Positions 29,619 through 40,020 of a stretch of DNA of 64,000 nucleotides are shown piece by piece (position 1 is the stretch's first letter; each line of letters opens with the position of its first letter). Under the pieces are notes generated by a model. It was not told where the DNA came from. It saw only the letters and a list, made by a program, of their open reading frames with translations, and did no database searches. This DNA comes from a virus (taxonomy: Duplodnaviria; Caudoviricetes): IMG/VR virus record IMGVR_UViG_3300024259_001623; one strand, 5' to 3'. A program made the position numbers and the translations under genes.

Positions 29619-30122
29619 TTATTTTAGGTCAAACATGACGCTCTGAGGAACAAAAACCTCATACTTCTTCGTCTCTTTAGCATTGAATGAAACAAGGCAA
29701 ATCCACCAAGGAGTAGGAACGTAACGATGAGTATAAACGACCCGAGGTTTGTCAGATGAAAGATCATCCTTGATAATCTTGCATTCTTTGACGCTGTAAG
29801 GGACTACAATTCTTTTACCGTCTAAGTCATGTAAAATTAAATTAATGCCCTTAGCGTCCGTTTCTGAGCTTACAATGGCATTTTCTGCGTCAGTACCCTC
29901 AAGGACTTCGGTGGTATACGTATTTTGAACAAACTCATCGCTTGTCATGTCTTGACTGGCAGAATGACAGCCAATGGTGATCCCAGTAACAACACAAGTA
30001 AAAAATACCAAAACTACAATAACAGCGATGGTATCTCCAAGATCTTTGTAATGATTATTATCCTTGTAATAAGAAACCAACGGCAGAAAAATCGACAGAC
30101 TCAGTAAAATCCAAAATATCAT
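29619..30122 (-). CDS. 2-TM membrane protein (paralog of 30119..30607)
   Basis: Shares the MIFWIL start and a YV..PWWI motif. Confidence 0.7.
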   Translation of the reverse strand: MIFWILLSLSIFLPLVSYYKDNNHYKDLGDTIAVIVVLVFFTCVVTGITIGCHSASQDMTSDEFVQNTYTTEVLEGTDAENAIVSSETDAKGINLILHDLDGKRIVVPYSVKECKIIKDDLSSDKPRVVYTHRYVPTPWWICLVSFNAKETKKYEVFVPQSVMFDLK

Positions 30123-30607
30123 CGTTTTGTCCTTTCCCTAATTTGGAAAACAGTGTTATGACTTACAACAAGTTGATACTCAACGAGAGTACGAACTCTA
30201 TAACTGTATGGAGATATCCACCAAGGAACATCTACATACGATTTATCAATATTTAATACAGGTTTTGCTTCTTTCACATCTGTATATACAATCTCAAAAT
30301 TATCGTCATTCATTGTAAATTCTTTACCAGAAACGAATAACGATAATTCAGAATCCTCTTTGGTGATTGAAATAACTGGATTTCCAGCATCTCTAACAGG
30401 GATAATTAGTGATTCCCGCTCATGAGTTTCTTGATTTTGATCAGTAACAGCAGCCATATGTAATATAGCAACTATATTAGTTATGCCTACAACTACTAAA
30501 AATAAACTCATCGCTATAGGAATAACTACTGGATGAAAACGACCTTTAGCCATAATACCTATAGTTATTAAAACAGCAGCTATAATCATTAATATCCAAA
30601 ATATCAT
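30119..30607 (-). CDS. 2-TM membrane protein (paralog of 29619..30122)
   Basis: Shares the MIFWIL start and a YV..PWWI motif. Confidence 0.7.
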   Translation of the reverse strand: MIFWILMIIAAVLITIGIMAKGRFHPVVIPIAMSLFLVVVGITNIVAILHMAAVTDQNQETHERESLIIPVRDAGNPVISITKEDSELSLFVSGKEFTMNDDNFEIVYTDVKEAKPVLNIDKSYVDVPWWISPYSYRVRTLVEYQLVVSHNTVFQIRERTKR

Positions 30608-30705
30608 CTTATTGCCCTTCTACAGGGATTGAATCTTTCCCTGTTATTTTTTTCTTCGCAATTAATAATTTTACCCGAAAATTCAGGGAGAAAATCCCCC
30701 CCTGT

Positions 30706-31179
30706 TTATCTCAACGCAGTATGAAAATCTTTTTTATCTAAAAATACTTTCATAGCTTTGTCATGATCCGCTTTCTTCATAAAGACTTTCATAAATACAG
30801 CATCGCCATGAATCCCAGCAGCGATGAAGTCTTTACGATATACTGTCACAGGGATAACAATGTCATTAGAAAACTTGGTTAAATGATGAGCCGCACCTTC
30901 CTCCGTACAATAAACATGAATGCCTTTCTCAATTACATTATAGGTGGAATCGTCCCTCAACGTTCGCTTCTCACCATTAGTCAATGCTTTTTCAATACGA
31001 TCAGATTTGATCCAACCAGGAGTATATTCTTTGCAGCGCCATCTATAAGGAGAACGTAATGATGCGGTTCCCCATCGCTTTTTGATCCATAAAGCCTTAA
31101 ACATAACAAGCTTACCACCATTCTCATCAAATAACTTGTTGATCCTAGCAGTAGCTTTATCATCAATGTATAAACACAT
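30706..31179 (-). CDS. MCL...GIHV paralog family member 1
   Basis: MCLYID, KGIHVY, IPVTVYRKDFIAAG, AVFMKV. Confidence 0.8.
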   Translation of the reverse strand: MCLYIDDKATARINKLFDENGGKLVMFKALWIKKRWGTASLRSPYRWRCKEYTPGWIKSDRIEKALTNGEKRTLRDDSTYNVIEKGIHVYCTEEGAAHHLTKFSNDIVIPVTVYRKDFIAAGIHGDAVFMKVFMKKADHDKAMKVFLDKKDFHTALR

Positions 31180-31250
31180 AGTCTTCTTCCTTAATTTTCA
31201 AATCTATTATTTATTTTTCGCCCACCAATATTATCAATAAGATAATAGAT

Positions 31251-31706
31251 TTATTTTTTATTCCCAAATATTCTACGCCAGAATCGTTTCCGACGTTTAG
31301 CGTTTACTTCAGCACAAAATACCAGGAAAGCTTTCAGGGACTTCTGAGCAGACGGTAATACAGCCAACTTTTGTACAGTTACTACAGGCATATCAATAAC
31401 CCTCACAGTAGCTCTATCCCAAGCAGGAGGATTAGATGGATCATAACTAATAGGAGGAAGCTCTACAGCAGGACGAGGCTGCTGAACACAAGAAAACATT
31501 GACTTATAAGGACCAGACTTATAAGGATCAGACTTGATAGAATTCTCTCTAATATAATCATCCATCTTTGGATCAATATAATTAATTTTATTAATATATT
31601 TTTCATTCATATAACTCTTATTATGAATGATGCTGTAAGTATCATAAATGTCATCCCGACCAGAATCATACCTGCAACATTTACCATAATCATGTTCTTT
31701 AACCAT
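31251..31706 (-). CDS. hypothetical protein
   Basis: 151-aa ORF next to the repeat region. Confidence 0.5.
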   Translation of the reverse strand: MVKEHDYGKCCRYDSGRDDIYDTYSIIHNKSYMNEKYINKINYIDPKMDDYIRENSIKSDPYKSGPYKSMFSCVQQPRPAVELPPISYDPSNPPAWDRATVRVIDMPVVTVQKLAVLPSAQKSLKAFLVFCAEVNAKRRKRFWRRIFGNKK

Positions 31707-31795
31707 TGTATTAGTTCCTTATTTTATTATTAATAACTAAAATGAATTAAATTATTAATTGTTGGGGTAACGCCTCATTAAATAGAGATTAATTA

Positions 31796-32050
31796 ACTCC
31801 AGACATATTTGAAAAGTACTCCAGACATATTTGAAAAGTACTCCAGACATATTTTACTTTTTGTACCAGACATTTTTCAAACGTATTCTCAGCATATTCT
31901 CATAACGTATTCAAGTGTCTTTTTCTATTTTATTTTTACATTTAATTAATAAATATTAAATATATAATTTGGTAGTGTATACTGTATACAAAAGTGTATA
32001 CTGTATACAAAAGTGTATACTGTATACTGTGGGTGCATACTTGTATACAC
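31796..32050. repeat. iteron-like repeats flanking an AT-rich tract (candidate origin)
   Basis: 22-bp ACTCCAGACATATTTGAAAAGT x2 plus partial copies; AT-rich tract; 19-bp AGTGTATACTGTATACAAA x2 plus a partial copy. Confidence 0.75.
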
Positions 32051-32074
32051 ATCTATTTTATTTTACAATTGATT

Positions 32075-32479
32075 TTATTCATCGATTAGTGCTTGTCTTT
32101 GTTTAGGAGTAAGTAGTTTAATAGCTTTTTCGTACATATTGGCTTTAGCTTCTAGTGGGTCCGTTGCATATTCTGTTCTGAAGAATTTATCCATAAGATC
32201 ATTAACATCTAGGGCTTTCATAAGTTCTTCGTTATTTTGAACTAGTGTTAGTTGTTCTGTTTCTAGTGTTCCATTGTTTCCTTTAGTTACTGTGGGTTCT
32301 TCTTTCTTTTGAGGGGTTATTTCTTTACCATCTACAAGGACTTTAGCATTATGTATTTCAGCTAGTGTTATAACTTCTTGTAGGTCATTTTTGTGTACTA
32401 TAGTATTTCCTCTCCATATATGTGTTAGCATATAGAGAGTCATGGAATCGTTATAATCTGCTACGAATCTATTTTCCAT
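32075..32479 (-). CDS. hypothetical protein
   Basis: 134-aa ORF directly upstream of the repeats. Confidence 0.6.
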   Translation of the reverse strand: MENRFVADYNDSMTLYMLTHIWRGNTIVHKNDLQEVITLAEIHNAKVLVDGKEITPQKKEEPTVTKGNNGTLETEQLTLVQNNEELMKALDVNDLMDKFFRTEYATDPLEAKANMYEKAIKLLTPKQRQALIDE

Positions 32480-32748
32480 CTGTTATTAGTTTAATTGTTA
32501 TATTCATAGTTATTACCAGGGCATACCTCTTGGTGGTACTTTAGCTGCTTTTCTTACTCTATTAAGTTCATCATTTGTTATATGCAGTTCATTATTTAGT
32601 CTTTTTATTTCTTTTTGTAGTAGTGTGATTTGTTCTGTGAATTTATCATTTAATTCTTTGAATTTATCATCCATTTCGTCTTTTTCTTGGTTTGTCATTT
32701 TATTATTCTTCTTTTATTGTTGGGTTTTTATTATTATGCGAAAAATAT

Positions 32749-32991
32749 TTAATCTAGTATAATATCGATAACATCTTCATCATCTGTGACTGGTGTGAAG
32801 TTTTCTGTATGCATACCTGTAAAGACTTTATTATCTTTCATTCTAATAACTGTGCAGTGTCCTGGCATTTGTATAATATCTCCGAGATATATAAATACAT
32901 CATCATGTTCTAGTCCTATGTTTCTATATTCGTAGTGATATTTTGTGGGTAACGAGTCCATATCGAATTTTACTAATGTATTATTTTCCAT
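32749..32991 (-). CDS. hypothetical protein
   Basis: TAATG-coupled ORF. Confidence 0.55.
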   Translation of the reverse strand: MENNTLVKFDMDSLPTKYHYEYRNIGLEHDDVFIYLGDIIQMPGHCTVIRMKDNKVFTGMHTENFTPVTDDEDVIDIILD

Positions 32992-33151
32992 TATTCTTCT
33001 TTAATAAAATCTCTTTTTATAATGATATTGAAGTATTCGGGGTGAGTATTGACAAGACTCCCGATAGCTTCCATTGGAGTTTTACCGCATCCCCACATGC
33101 CGTTTTCTGCTTCTGCATGGTAGTCATTTAATCTTTTTGTAACTGTTATAT

Positions 33152-33622
33152 TCATAGTGTGCTTTCTTTTTCTACCCAATCTTTAAGCATATTCTCTTCG
33201 GTTATATCATTTTGTACGACTTTTCCATCTTTTACGAATACTTCTTCTTTTACTACTTTACCGCTTTGGTTTTCTTTTATAATATCTTTTTTAGTATTGT
33301 CATCAGCCATTTGATTGATTTCATCTACAAGGTTATTCATATCTGTTTGTAGTTGTTCTTTTTCTAGTGCATCTACTACGGTTTGTGACATTTCGTTATA
33401 ATCAACTTTTGTGCGATTTTTTTCTTCTGTATAGTGGATTAACCATAGTATTGCTGCAACTGCGAGTGCTGGTGGACCTAGAAGTGCCCAGGGGATAAAG
33501 AAGATTTTACTTGGTATTCTACCTTCTTTTCTTTCTAGTTTAGTAACTGACTTATAGGCAATATATGAGGTTGTTGCCCATATTGATAAGATAAAGATTG
33601 TCCAAAGTATTGTAGTGATCAT
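33152..33622 (-). CDS. 2-TM membrane protein with an acidic tail
   Basis: IW.TTSY...LLGPP pattern shared with 35406-36306. Confidence 0.65.
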   Translation of the reverse strand: MITTILWTIFILSIWATTSYIAYKSVTKLERKEGRIPSKIFFIPWALLGPPALAVAAILWLIHYTEEKNRTKVDYNEMSQTVVDALEKEQLQTDMNNLVDEINQMADDNTKKDIIKENQSGKVVKEEVFVKDGKVVQNDITEENMLKDWVEKESTL

Positions 33623-33666
33623 TGTTATTTCTTCTTTCTTTATTATAGATTTATTGTTATGCGAAA

Positions 33667-34278
33667 TTAATTTCTTGGGTATACATCTTTATAAAAGAGT
33701 GATTTATACCGATCATCTATATATTGTTTTCTTGCATCATGTTGTTGATCATAGAAGTATTGTGTTTTTGTATCGAAGCGCTTATCATCGAAGCGCTTAT
33801 CATAGAATTGTTTCACTACAGGGTAATCATCGTCATTGAAGAATATCTTTGTATGATCTTTGTCAAAGAAATCCCCTCGTGCAGATTTTGCTGCTTGTTT
33901 AGTGTTCATCAGGTCTTTTCGTTTGACATAGACTTTAGTAAAGACAGCATCTTCATTATCCCCTACTGCTACTAATGCATCTCTTGTAACAATAACTGGA
34001 AGAATAACTTGGTAGCTCCAATTATCGCTTGCTATGGCTTTTGCGAGTGAAGTATAGACATGAATGCCTTTATAAATTCGAGGTACTAACTTTTCCTCAA
34101 CGCTCAGGTCTGTCATTAGTCTATCTGACTGGTTACATCCTGGTTTATATGTAAAGTCTTGATATAAAGACCTTACTTCATCTCCAGTTACTCTAACAAC
34201 CTTATACATGGTGAGATCACCACCATCTAGTCGTGTTAGCATTTGTAACGTTTTTGCTACATCCATTCTAAGGCACAT
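33667..34278 (-). CDS. MCL...GIHV paralog family member 2
   Basis: MCLRMD, KGIHVYT, AVFTKV, extended tail. Confidence 0.8.
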   Translation of the reverse strand: MCLRMDVAKTLQMLTRLDGGDLTMYKVVRVTGDEVRSLYQDFTYKPGCNQSDRLMTDLSVEEKLVPRIYKGIHVYTSLAKAIASDNWSYQVILPVIVTRDALVAVGDNEDAVFTKVYVKRKDLMNTKQAAKSARGDFFDKDHTKIFFNDDDYPVVKQFYDKRFDDKRFDTKTQYFYDQQHDARKQYIDDRYKSLFYKDVYPRN

Positions 34279-34369
34279 TTTATTATCCTTTCGATGTTTC
34301 GTCTAGTCATCTGGATTTTGGAGATTTTTTCAGGGGTGCGAAAAAAATTACCAGTTTTGTTTATTTCTA

Positions 34370-34398
34370 TTGACAAAGTATCCTATTGGTACTAGAAT
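34370..34398 (+). promoter_or_regulatory. sigma70-like promoter (antisense to the local genes)
   Basis: TTGACA-N17-TAGAAT. Confidence 0.5.
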
Positions 34399-34430
34399 CC
34401 ACTAGATTAAGGTGTAAATCATTAATTCTA

Positions 34431-34913
34431 TCATTTGGTTCTAGCCCTTGCTTTAAATAACCTTTCCCATCCCATCCATTGAGTTATTGCTTTAAATAAC
34501 CTTTCCCATCCCATCCATTGAGTTATTGCATGTTCAAGGTCTGCTTCGTCTATATCAATTTTCATAAAAACTGCATCTCTTTCCCCTGCTCCAATAAAAT
34601 CTTCTTTTTTTACTATAACGGGAATGATTTTTTCCCATTTTGCTCTACATTCTTGTCCTTGAGAAGCTGCCCATCTTGTTGTAAAGACGTGGATACCTTT
34701 ACGGATTATTTGTCTATTCCTTTCATCTTCTGTCAATGATATTGATTCTCTATCAGAGACATTTACGCCTGGATTATAGACATATTCAGAATAGTATAGA
34801 CCTTTTGGAGTGCCTTTCCTTACATCTACTATCTTATACATAGTCATTTGTCCAAAGTCATCGAACAATTTTGATAGATGTTTGGTATTTAATTCACTTA
34901 TTTCTAAGCACAT
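34431..34913 (-). CDS. MCL...GIHV paralog family member 3
   Basis: MCLEIS, KGIHVFT, IPVIVKKEDFIGAG; 13-aa tandem duplication at the C-terminus. Confidence 0.8.
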   Translation of the reverse strand: MCLEISELNTKHLSKLFDDFGQMTMYKIVDVRKGTPKGLYYSEYVYNPGVNVSDRESISLTEDERNRQIIRKGIHVFTTRWAASQGQECRAKWEKIIPVIVKKEDFIGAGERDAVFMKIDIDEADLEHAITQWMGWERLFKAITQWMGWERLFKARARTK

Positions 34914-34925
34914 TTTATATTCCTA

Positions 34926-35375
34926 TTAAGGTTGACTCGCATTGATATGGGGCAGTCTTCCATTCATAATCTTATCATATATTGATTGTTTAACAAAGAC
35001 TTTCATAAATACGGCTTCATTGTTTTTGCCGCCCATAACGAAGTCTTTTTCTTCGACCATAACAGGGAGAAGAACTTCGCTCATATATGCGGAGAATCTT
35101 TGGGCTTGTGCTAATGTAGTATATACATGAATACCGGCGTTTATGACTCCAGCATGTTTTTCATTATCTGTGAGCCAAATTAGGGGTCTACTTGATTTGT
35201 TCCATCCTGGAATATATTCAAGTTCTCTATGGATAGATATTAGTTGTTTTTTTCTACCTTGAGTAGTTACATTGTCAACCATGTCTACTATTTTGTACAT
35301 AGCTAGTTGACCTTTACTCTTTGCGAACATGGCTTTGATTTTATTTGTTTCTTCTTTGTTGATTATCAGGCACAT
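34926..35375 (-). CDS. MCL...GIHV paralog family member 4
   Basis: MCLIIN, AGIHVYT, AVFMKV. Confidence 0.8.
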   Translation of the reverse strand: MCLIINKEETNKIKAMFAKSKGQLAMYKIVDMVDNVTTQGRKKQLISIHRELEYIPGWNKSSRPLIWLTDNEKHAGVINAGIHVYTTLAQAQRFSAYMSEVLLPVMVEEKDFVMGGKNNEAVFMKVFVKQSIYDKIMNGRLPHINASQP

Positions 35376-35405
35376 TGTATTTCTTCTTTTATTATGCGAA
35401 AAATA

Positions 35406-36306
35406 TTACCATTTTGAGGGTGAATCATTGTTAAACAATTTATCGATTGGCTTCTCGAATATAAACAAGAGCAGCAATAGAAAGCAAGCTATAATACCGA
35501 AAAGCATAGACATGGCAATAGTTTCGTTTCTATATCCTACTGTCCAAGCTAATGTGGGAAATGTCTTACGATGTTCTCTTCTTAATAGTTTGTATGTTAT
35601 AATAGGGCAGACAACAAACCAAAGTACAAGTATAATTATCAATGTAGTCATATTAAGTTCCTTTTACCATTTTGCTGGTTTATCGCCTCTATCAGGGTGA
35701 ACTCCATCGACAACAAACGAAATAACCAAAGCAAGAGGTCCAAGTAAAGACAAAGCAATGACCATTCTTCTATCGTTTGTTGTCCACAAACCAGTTTGAT
35801 AAGTAATTGCCTTTTTTATACGAGGATATGTTAAAACTGAACAAATCAACCAAATGAATATAATCATGAATATAATCAAAAATGTAGTCATCTTATATCT
35901 CCGTTATGATCTCGAAAAAATACTACTTCTAGTATCAAACACCAAGGAGCGAAAAACAAGCAAATCAATGCTGTTTCTATGCTATAAGCCCCAGTCCAAA
36001 CTGGGTATATTTTCATCTCTCTATGCTTGACCATATAATATGATGAAACTGCTAAAATCAGCCATATACAAATAACAATAAACTGTATCATTTTTCTTCC
36101 TTTTGGGTCAATTTATGATAACCAGAGACCAGCACGGTAATGACCAAAAGTGGACCTGCGATCAGGGAAGCATATATCATATCTGATGTATTACCTTTTC
36201 CCCAAGACAGGTTCCTCACTTCTCTTTTAATGAGCAAAAAAGCTATGGTCGAGGATATCAACCAAACCCCTACAATGCTTAATAATATAATATATAAAAT
36301 AGTCAT
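35406..36306 (-). CDS. four tandem small 2-TM proteins (35406..35651, 35664..35891, 35888..36091, 36088..36306)
   Basis: Each has I.W.I.S..(T)Y, a basic loop and a second TM. Confidence 0.65.
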
Positions 36307-36841
36307 ATAACACCTATGGTCCCGAAGGCAATTCCGTCCAAGCCTTTATCTTTTTCGAGGATATTTCTTCTCTTGCCCACGAGTCTTGTCGCATCCATTT
36401 TCCATAGCGATAATAGGCAACAATATAAACGTTTCTTGTAGTAATAACTAGTACATCTCTGGCGTCATCGGGTAATTGCATTTCATTCCAAGACATTCTG
36501 TTGCTCCTTGTTATGCTCTCTCCATAGAGATAGTTTCTACGAATAAATCTCCGACTTGTACTCCATCATAAAAGTCATCATCTTCATTGAAATCATCGAA
36601 CAGTTTTTTAGATTTTGGTATGCACGTTTTTGTTGCATCTTCTATTAGCATAACAACTGTACAGTTCTCAAATGAGCAGGCATATCCACCTTTATCGCAG
36701 AAGCCTGATACTTGCATTGTATTCTTAATTACTGACATTTTATTGATCTATCCCATTTAGAAAATTTTTATAGGTTTTATAGGTTTTTATAAAACTGACT
36801 ATTTATTATAAGAGTTATTCACCTATTTTGTCATAACTTCT

Positions 36842-37300
36842 TTATTCGCAAGCAGTTGTAGAACATTTTTTAGAAAAAAGATGTAATCTGTCGGCGATTG
36901 CTTTGCCATAATCTTCTTTATTTAGAAAAACTTTCATGAAAACTGCCTCATGATTTGTTCCTGCTCTAATAAAATCTTCTTCTAGGACTGTCACAGGAAC
37001 AATAATTTCCTCATCAAATATGAGTCGGGAAAGGGCTTCTGACTTATTTGTATAGACATGGATACCTAAACAGATTTCTTTTGAACGGTGATCCACATAT
37101 TCCGACGTTCTGCTAGATTCATTTTTGCCTGGTAAAAAAATCATTTTTTGAAAAGGAGTTATCAAAGCTAAATCTTGGAAACCATAGGCTCCTTCTACTG
37201 TATCTAGCACTAACATCTTCCACATAATGGTTTTACCGCCATTATCTTTCAATGTTCTTTTGACTCGTTTGGTTCTTTTATCATCAATTTTAAGACACAT
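36842..37300 (-). CDS. MCL...GIHV paralog family member 5
   Basis: MCLKIDDKRTKRV, LGIHVYT, VPVTV..EDFIRAG. Confidence 0.8.
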   Translation of the reverse strand: MCLKIDDKRTKRVKRTLKDNGGKTIMWKMLVLDTVEGAYGFQDLALITPFQKMIFLPGKNESSRTSEYVDHRSKEICLGIHVYTNKSEALSRLIFDEEIIVPVTVLEEDFIRAGTNHEAVFMKVFLNKEDYGKAIADRLHLFSKKCSTTACE

Positions 37301-37733
37301 TATTAGATACCTCAATCTGTTTTATTGCATCAATTGTTTTATTATAAGCCTCTTTGTCAAGATGTACTTTAACAAAAACAGCATCTTCATCATCGCCAGC
37401 AGCAACAAAATCCTTTTCTCTTACTGTTACAGGAACAATAATTTCATCCGGTTTCATATAATGCTTGGCCCGAGCAATACTTGTAAAAACATGAATGCCA
37501 TGTTCTACTTCTCTTCTTGCTTTCTCATCTATAGACAAATCTTTTCCATAATCTCTGTCAGATACATTATCCCCTGGAGAAAAGACTTTCTCTATGAAAG
37601 GACTAACCAATTCATATTGACCATCAGCTTTTTGGCGGTACCTTAACCTTTTGAGCATAACGCCTTTGCCATTATTTTTTCTGAGTTCTTTTAGAATTTC
37701 TTCGGTGTTACGAACATGTATATAAAGACACAT
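37290..37733 (-). CDS. MCL...GIHV paralog family member 6
   Basis: MCLYIH, HGIHVFT, VPVTVREKDFVAAG. Confidence 0.8.
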   Translation of the reverse strand: MCLYIHVRNTEEILKELRKNNGKGVMLKRLRYRQKADGQYELVSPFIEKVFSPGDNVSDRDYGKDLSIDEKARREVEHGIHVFTSIARAKHYMKPDEIIVPVTVREKDFVAAGDDEDAVFVKVHLDKEAYNKTIDAIKQIEVSNNVS

Positions 37734-37736
37734 AGC

Positions 37737-38171
37737 TTACTCCAAATTCCAAGGCAAGGCTTTACTATAATCTTTTTCAGATAAATGAATCCGATTAAAA
37801 ACGGCATCATAATCATTGCCCGCAGCTATAAAGTCTATTTTCCTTACTCTGACAGGGACAACAACGTAGACCTCTTGGTTACAAAGCCACTCTCTTTTCC
37901 ACTTCAATGCCTCTTTATTATTAGTGAAAACATGAATCCCATGATAAATGATTCCAGTTATCATTTCATGATCAGTAAGTTCGGCGGATACTCCTAAATG
38001 TACATGCCTATTAGAATCATTAATCCCTGGAAGATATTTTGTATAATGATAAGGAGCAATCAATTCACCATTCGATCTACGAAGTATCTTCCACATAACA
38101 CATATATCATCATGCTCTTTAAGAGTTCTAAGAACCCTTTTTGTCCGTTTTTTGTTAATAGCTAAACACAT
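37737..38171 (-). CDS. MCL...GIHV paralog family member 7
   Basis: MCLAINKKRTKRV, HGIHVFT. Confidence 0.8.
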   Translation of the reverse strand: MCLAINKKRTKRVLRTLKEHDDICVMWKILRRSNGELIAPYHYTKYLPGINDSNRHVHLGVSAELTDHEMITGIIYHGIHVFTNNKEALKWKREWLCNQEVYVVVPVRVRKIDFIAAGNDYDAVFNRIHLSEKDYSKALPWNLE

Positions 38172-38254
38172 GTTATTTCACCCTTTCAATGTTGTTGTCC
38201 CGCCGCCATGCGATCTTTTTAGTGAACTAGAACAGGGATAACAACTTCACTATT

Positions 38255-38728
38255 TCATTTCTCAAACGATGCAAGATATTTTTTGTAATCTTCTATAGCT
38301 TGATCATAATCTTTTTTGGCAAGAAAAACTTTTGTAAAAGCAGCATCATAATTCTGACCAGCAGCTACAAAATCTTTTAACTGTACTGTAACAGGTACAG
38401 CAACTTCAAAATCATGTTTGAATTCTTTAACTCTTTTGAGATTTGTTAAGACATGAATCCCAAGTTCAATATCCTGAAATGGATTAGAACTATATGGCCT
38501 ATACACCAAAGATTCTTGTTTAGTAAGTTTTGTGCCCTTCCTATTCGATTTATTCCAACCAGGAAAATATCTTGTTTTCATAAATGGAGTCTCAACAATA
38601 TATTTTTTACCTTTATGGTCGGGTATTGGTCTGACTATCAAAACTTTCCACATGGTAGCCTTTCCGCCGCGATCCTTTAAAGTACGCAAAACTCGTTTAG
38701 TTCTTTTGTCATCAGTTTTTAGGCACAT
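38255..38728 (-). CDS. MCL...GIHV paralog family member 8
   Basis: MCLKTDDKRTKRV, LGIHVLT. Confidence 0.8.
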   Translation of the reverse strand: MCLKTDDKRTKRVLRTLKDRGGKATMWKVLIVRPIPDHKGKKYIVETPFMKTRYFPGWNKSNRKGTKLTKQESLVYRPYSSNPFQDIELGIHVLTNLKRVKEFKHDFEVAVPVTVQLKDFVAAGQNYDAAFTKVFLAKKDYDQAIEDYKKYLASFEK

Positions 38729-39174
38729 GTTATTTCTCCTATTGCTTTTTTATATTCTTCTTTTGAAAGATGAACTTTTGTAAATACGGCTTCATAACGA
38801 CATCCGGCAGCAACAAAATCTTTTAATCTTACAGTCACAGGAACCAAAACCTCCCAAAAACTTTTAGCTTCTAAAGCTTTTTGTTTATTGGTATATACAT
38901 GAATTCCTTTATAAACTGCTTCACATTTTTTTTCTATAACCGAGATATCGGTTGACTTCCTATTAGAAACATTATCCCCAGGCGAATATTCATATCCTTC
39001 TACAGGACTGATTAAAATATTTTTTGTTTTGTAATCGAAACCCCTTAGCGGGCTGGTTGAATAGTAACCCAAATTTTTTAGTTTAAGACGTTTCCACATA
39101 ACGGTTTGACCACCATTATCTTTCAAAGTTCTTCTAACTCTTTTGGTTCTTTTTTCATTGATATTGAGACACAT
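38719..39174 (-). CDS. MCL...GIHV paralog family member 9
   Basis: MCLNINEKRTKRV, KGIHVYT. Confidence 0.8.
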   Translation of the reverse strand: MCLNINEKRTKRVRRTLKDNGGQTVMWKRLKLKNLGYYSTSPLRGFDYKTKNILISPVEGYEYSPGDNVSNRKSTDISVIEKKCEAVYKGIHVYTNKQKALEAKSFWEVLVPVTVRLKDFVAAGCRYEAVFTKVHLSKEEYKKAIGEITCA

Positions 39175-39219
39175 GTTATTTCTTCCTTTAATCAATGCTG
39201 CTCTAAAAATTAAGCTTAA

Positions 39220-39292
39220 TAGACCCGAGTGGATTCAAACCACTAACCTCACCCTTATAAGGGGTGCGCTCTGTCAATTGAGCTACGAGTCT
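39220..39292 (-). tRNA. tRNA-Ile(UAU)
   Basis: Stem CACCC/GGGTG, loop CT TAT AA; atypical D-loop (TGAC) and T-loop (TTTGAAT). Confidence 0.85.
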
Positions 39293-39378
39293 TTATTTAC
39301 CATTTACAATAGCTACCAATTATGCTACAATTCCTTTTACCATAACACTTTATAAATTGAGCTACGAGTCCTTTTGCT

Positions 39379-39660
39379 TTATTCGGTGATATCGCTTTTG
39401 AATTCTTCCTTCTTTCTTTTTTCTTTTCTCTCTTTATAATCTTCAAATATTTCTTTATATTCGTTAAAAGTAATTTTGCCATCTTCCAAAGCCTTTTGCG
39501 TTTGGCATTTCACTTCATCGTCAGACGAAGACAATCGAGCTAACACTTCATAAGTCCCTGAATCTACTTCTTTGTGCGCTCTTTGATAACTGGCAAACCC
39601 AAAGGCTAAAGCTATCATAAAAGCAAAAATAATTAAAACTATAATATGTTCTTTTGTCAT
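39379..39660 (-). CDS. TM protein with a DGKI..EY motif (paralog family)
   Basis: LEDGKITFNEYKEI. Confidence 0.7.
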   Translation of the reverse strand: MTKEHIIVLIIFAFMIALAFGFASYQRAHKEVDSGTYEVLARLSSSDDEVKCQTQKALEDGKITFNEYKEIFEDYKERKEKRKKEEFKSDITE

Positions 39661-40020
39661 AATATATCTCCTTACCAGCTTACTGAGATAAGGTAATCTC
39701 CATAAGGCAGAAAACCTTTATTCGCTAAGAAAAGAAGAAATTGTTCTAAACCAAAACAACTAACAGAACGAGTAACTTTGCCTGTTGAGTCTTTAGTTTC
39801 CCAAATCAAATCTTCTTCTTCCGATATTTCACCTTCTTTTATAGTCACACTATAACTGGTATCATTAGGGCTATCATTCAGTTCTAGTCGAGAATCAAAA
39901 CCTAGACATTTAGCAGCATATTCATCTAAGCCTAGTTTGCCTTCTTTTCGTACCCATGCGTAAGTAAACCAATCCAAACAATAAACATGTTTTTCCTCAA
40001 AAGCAATTTCTTCTGGCATC

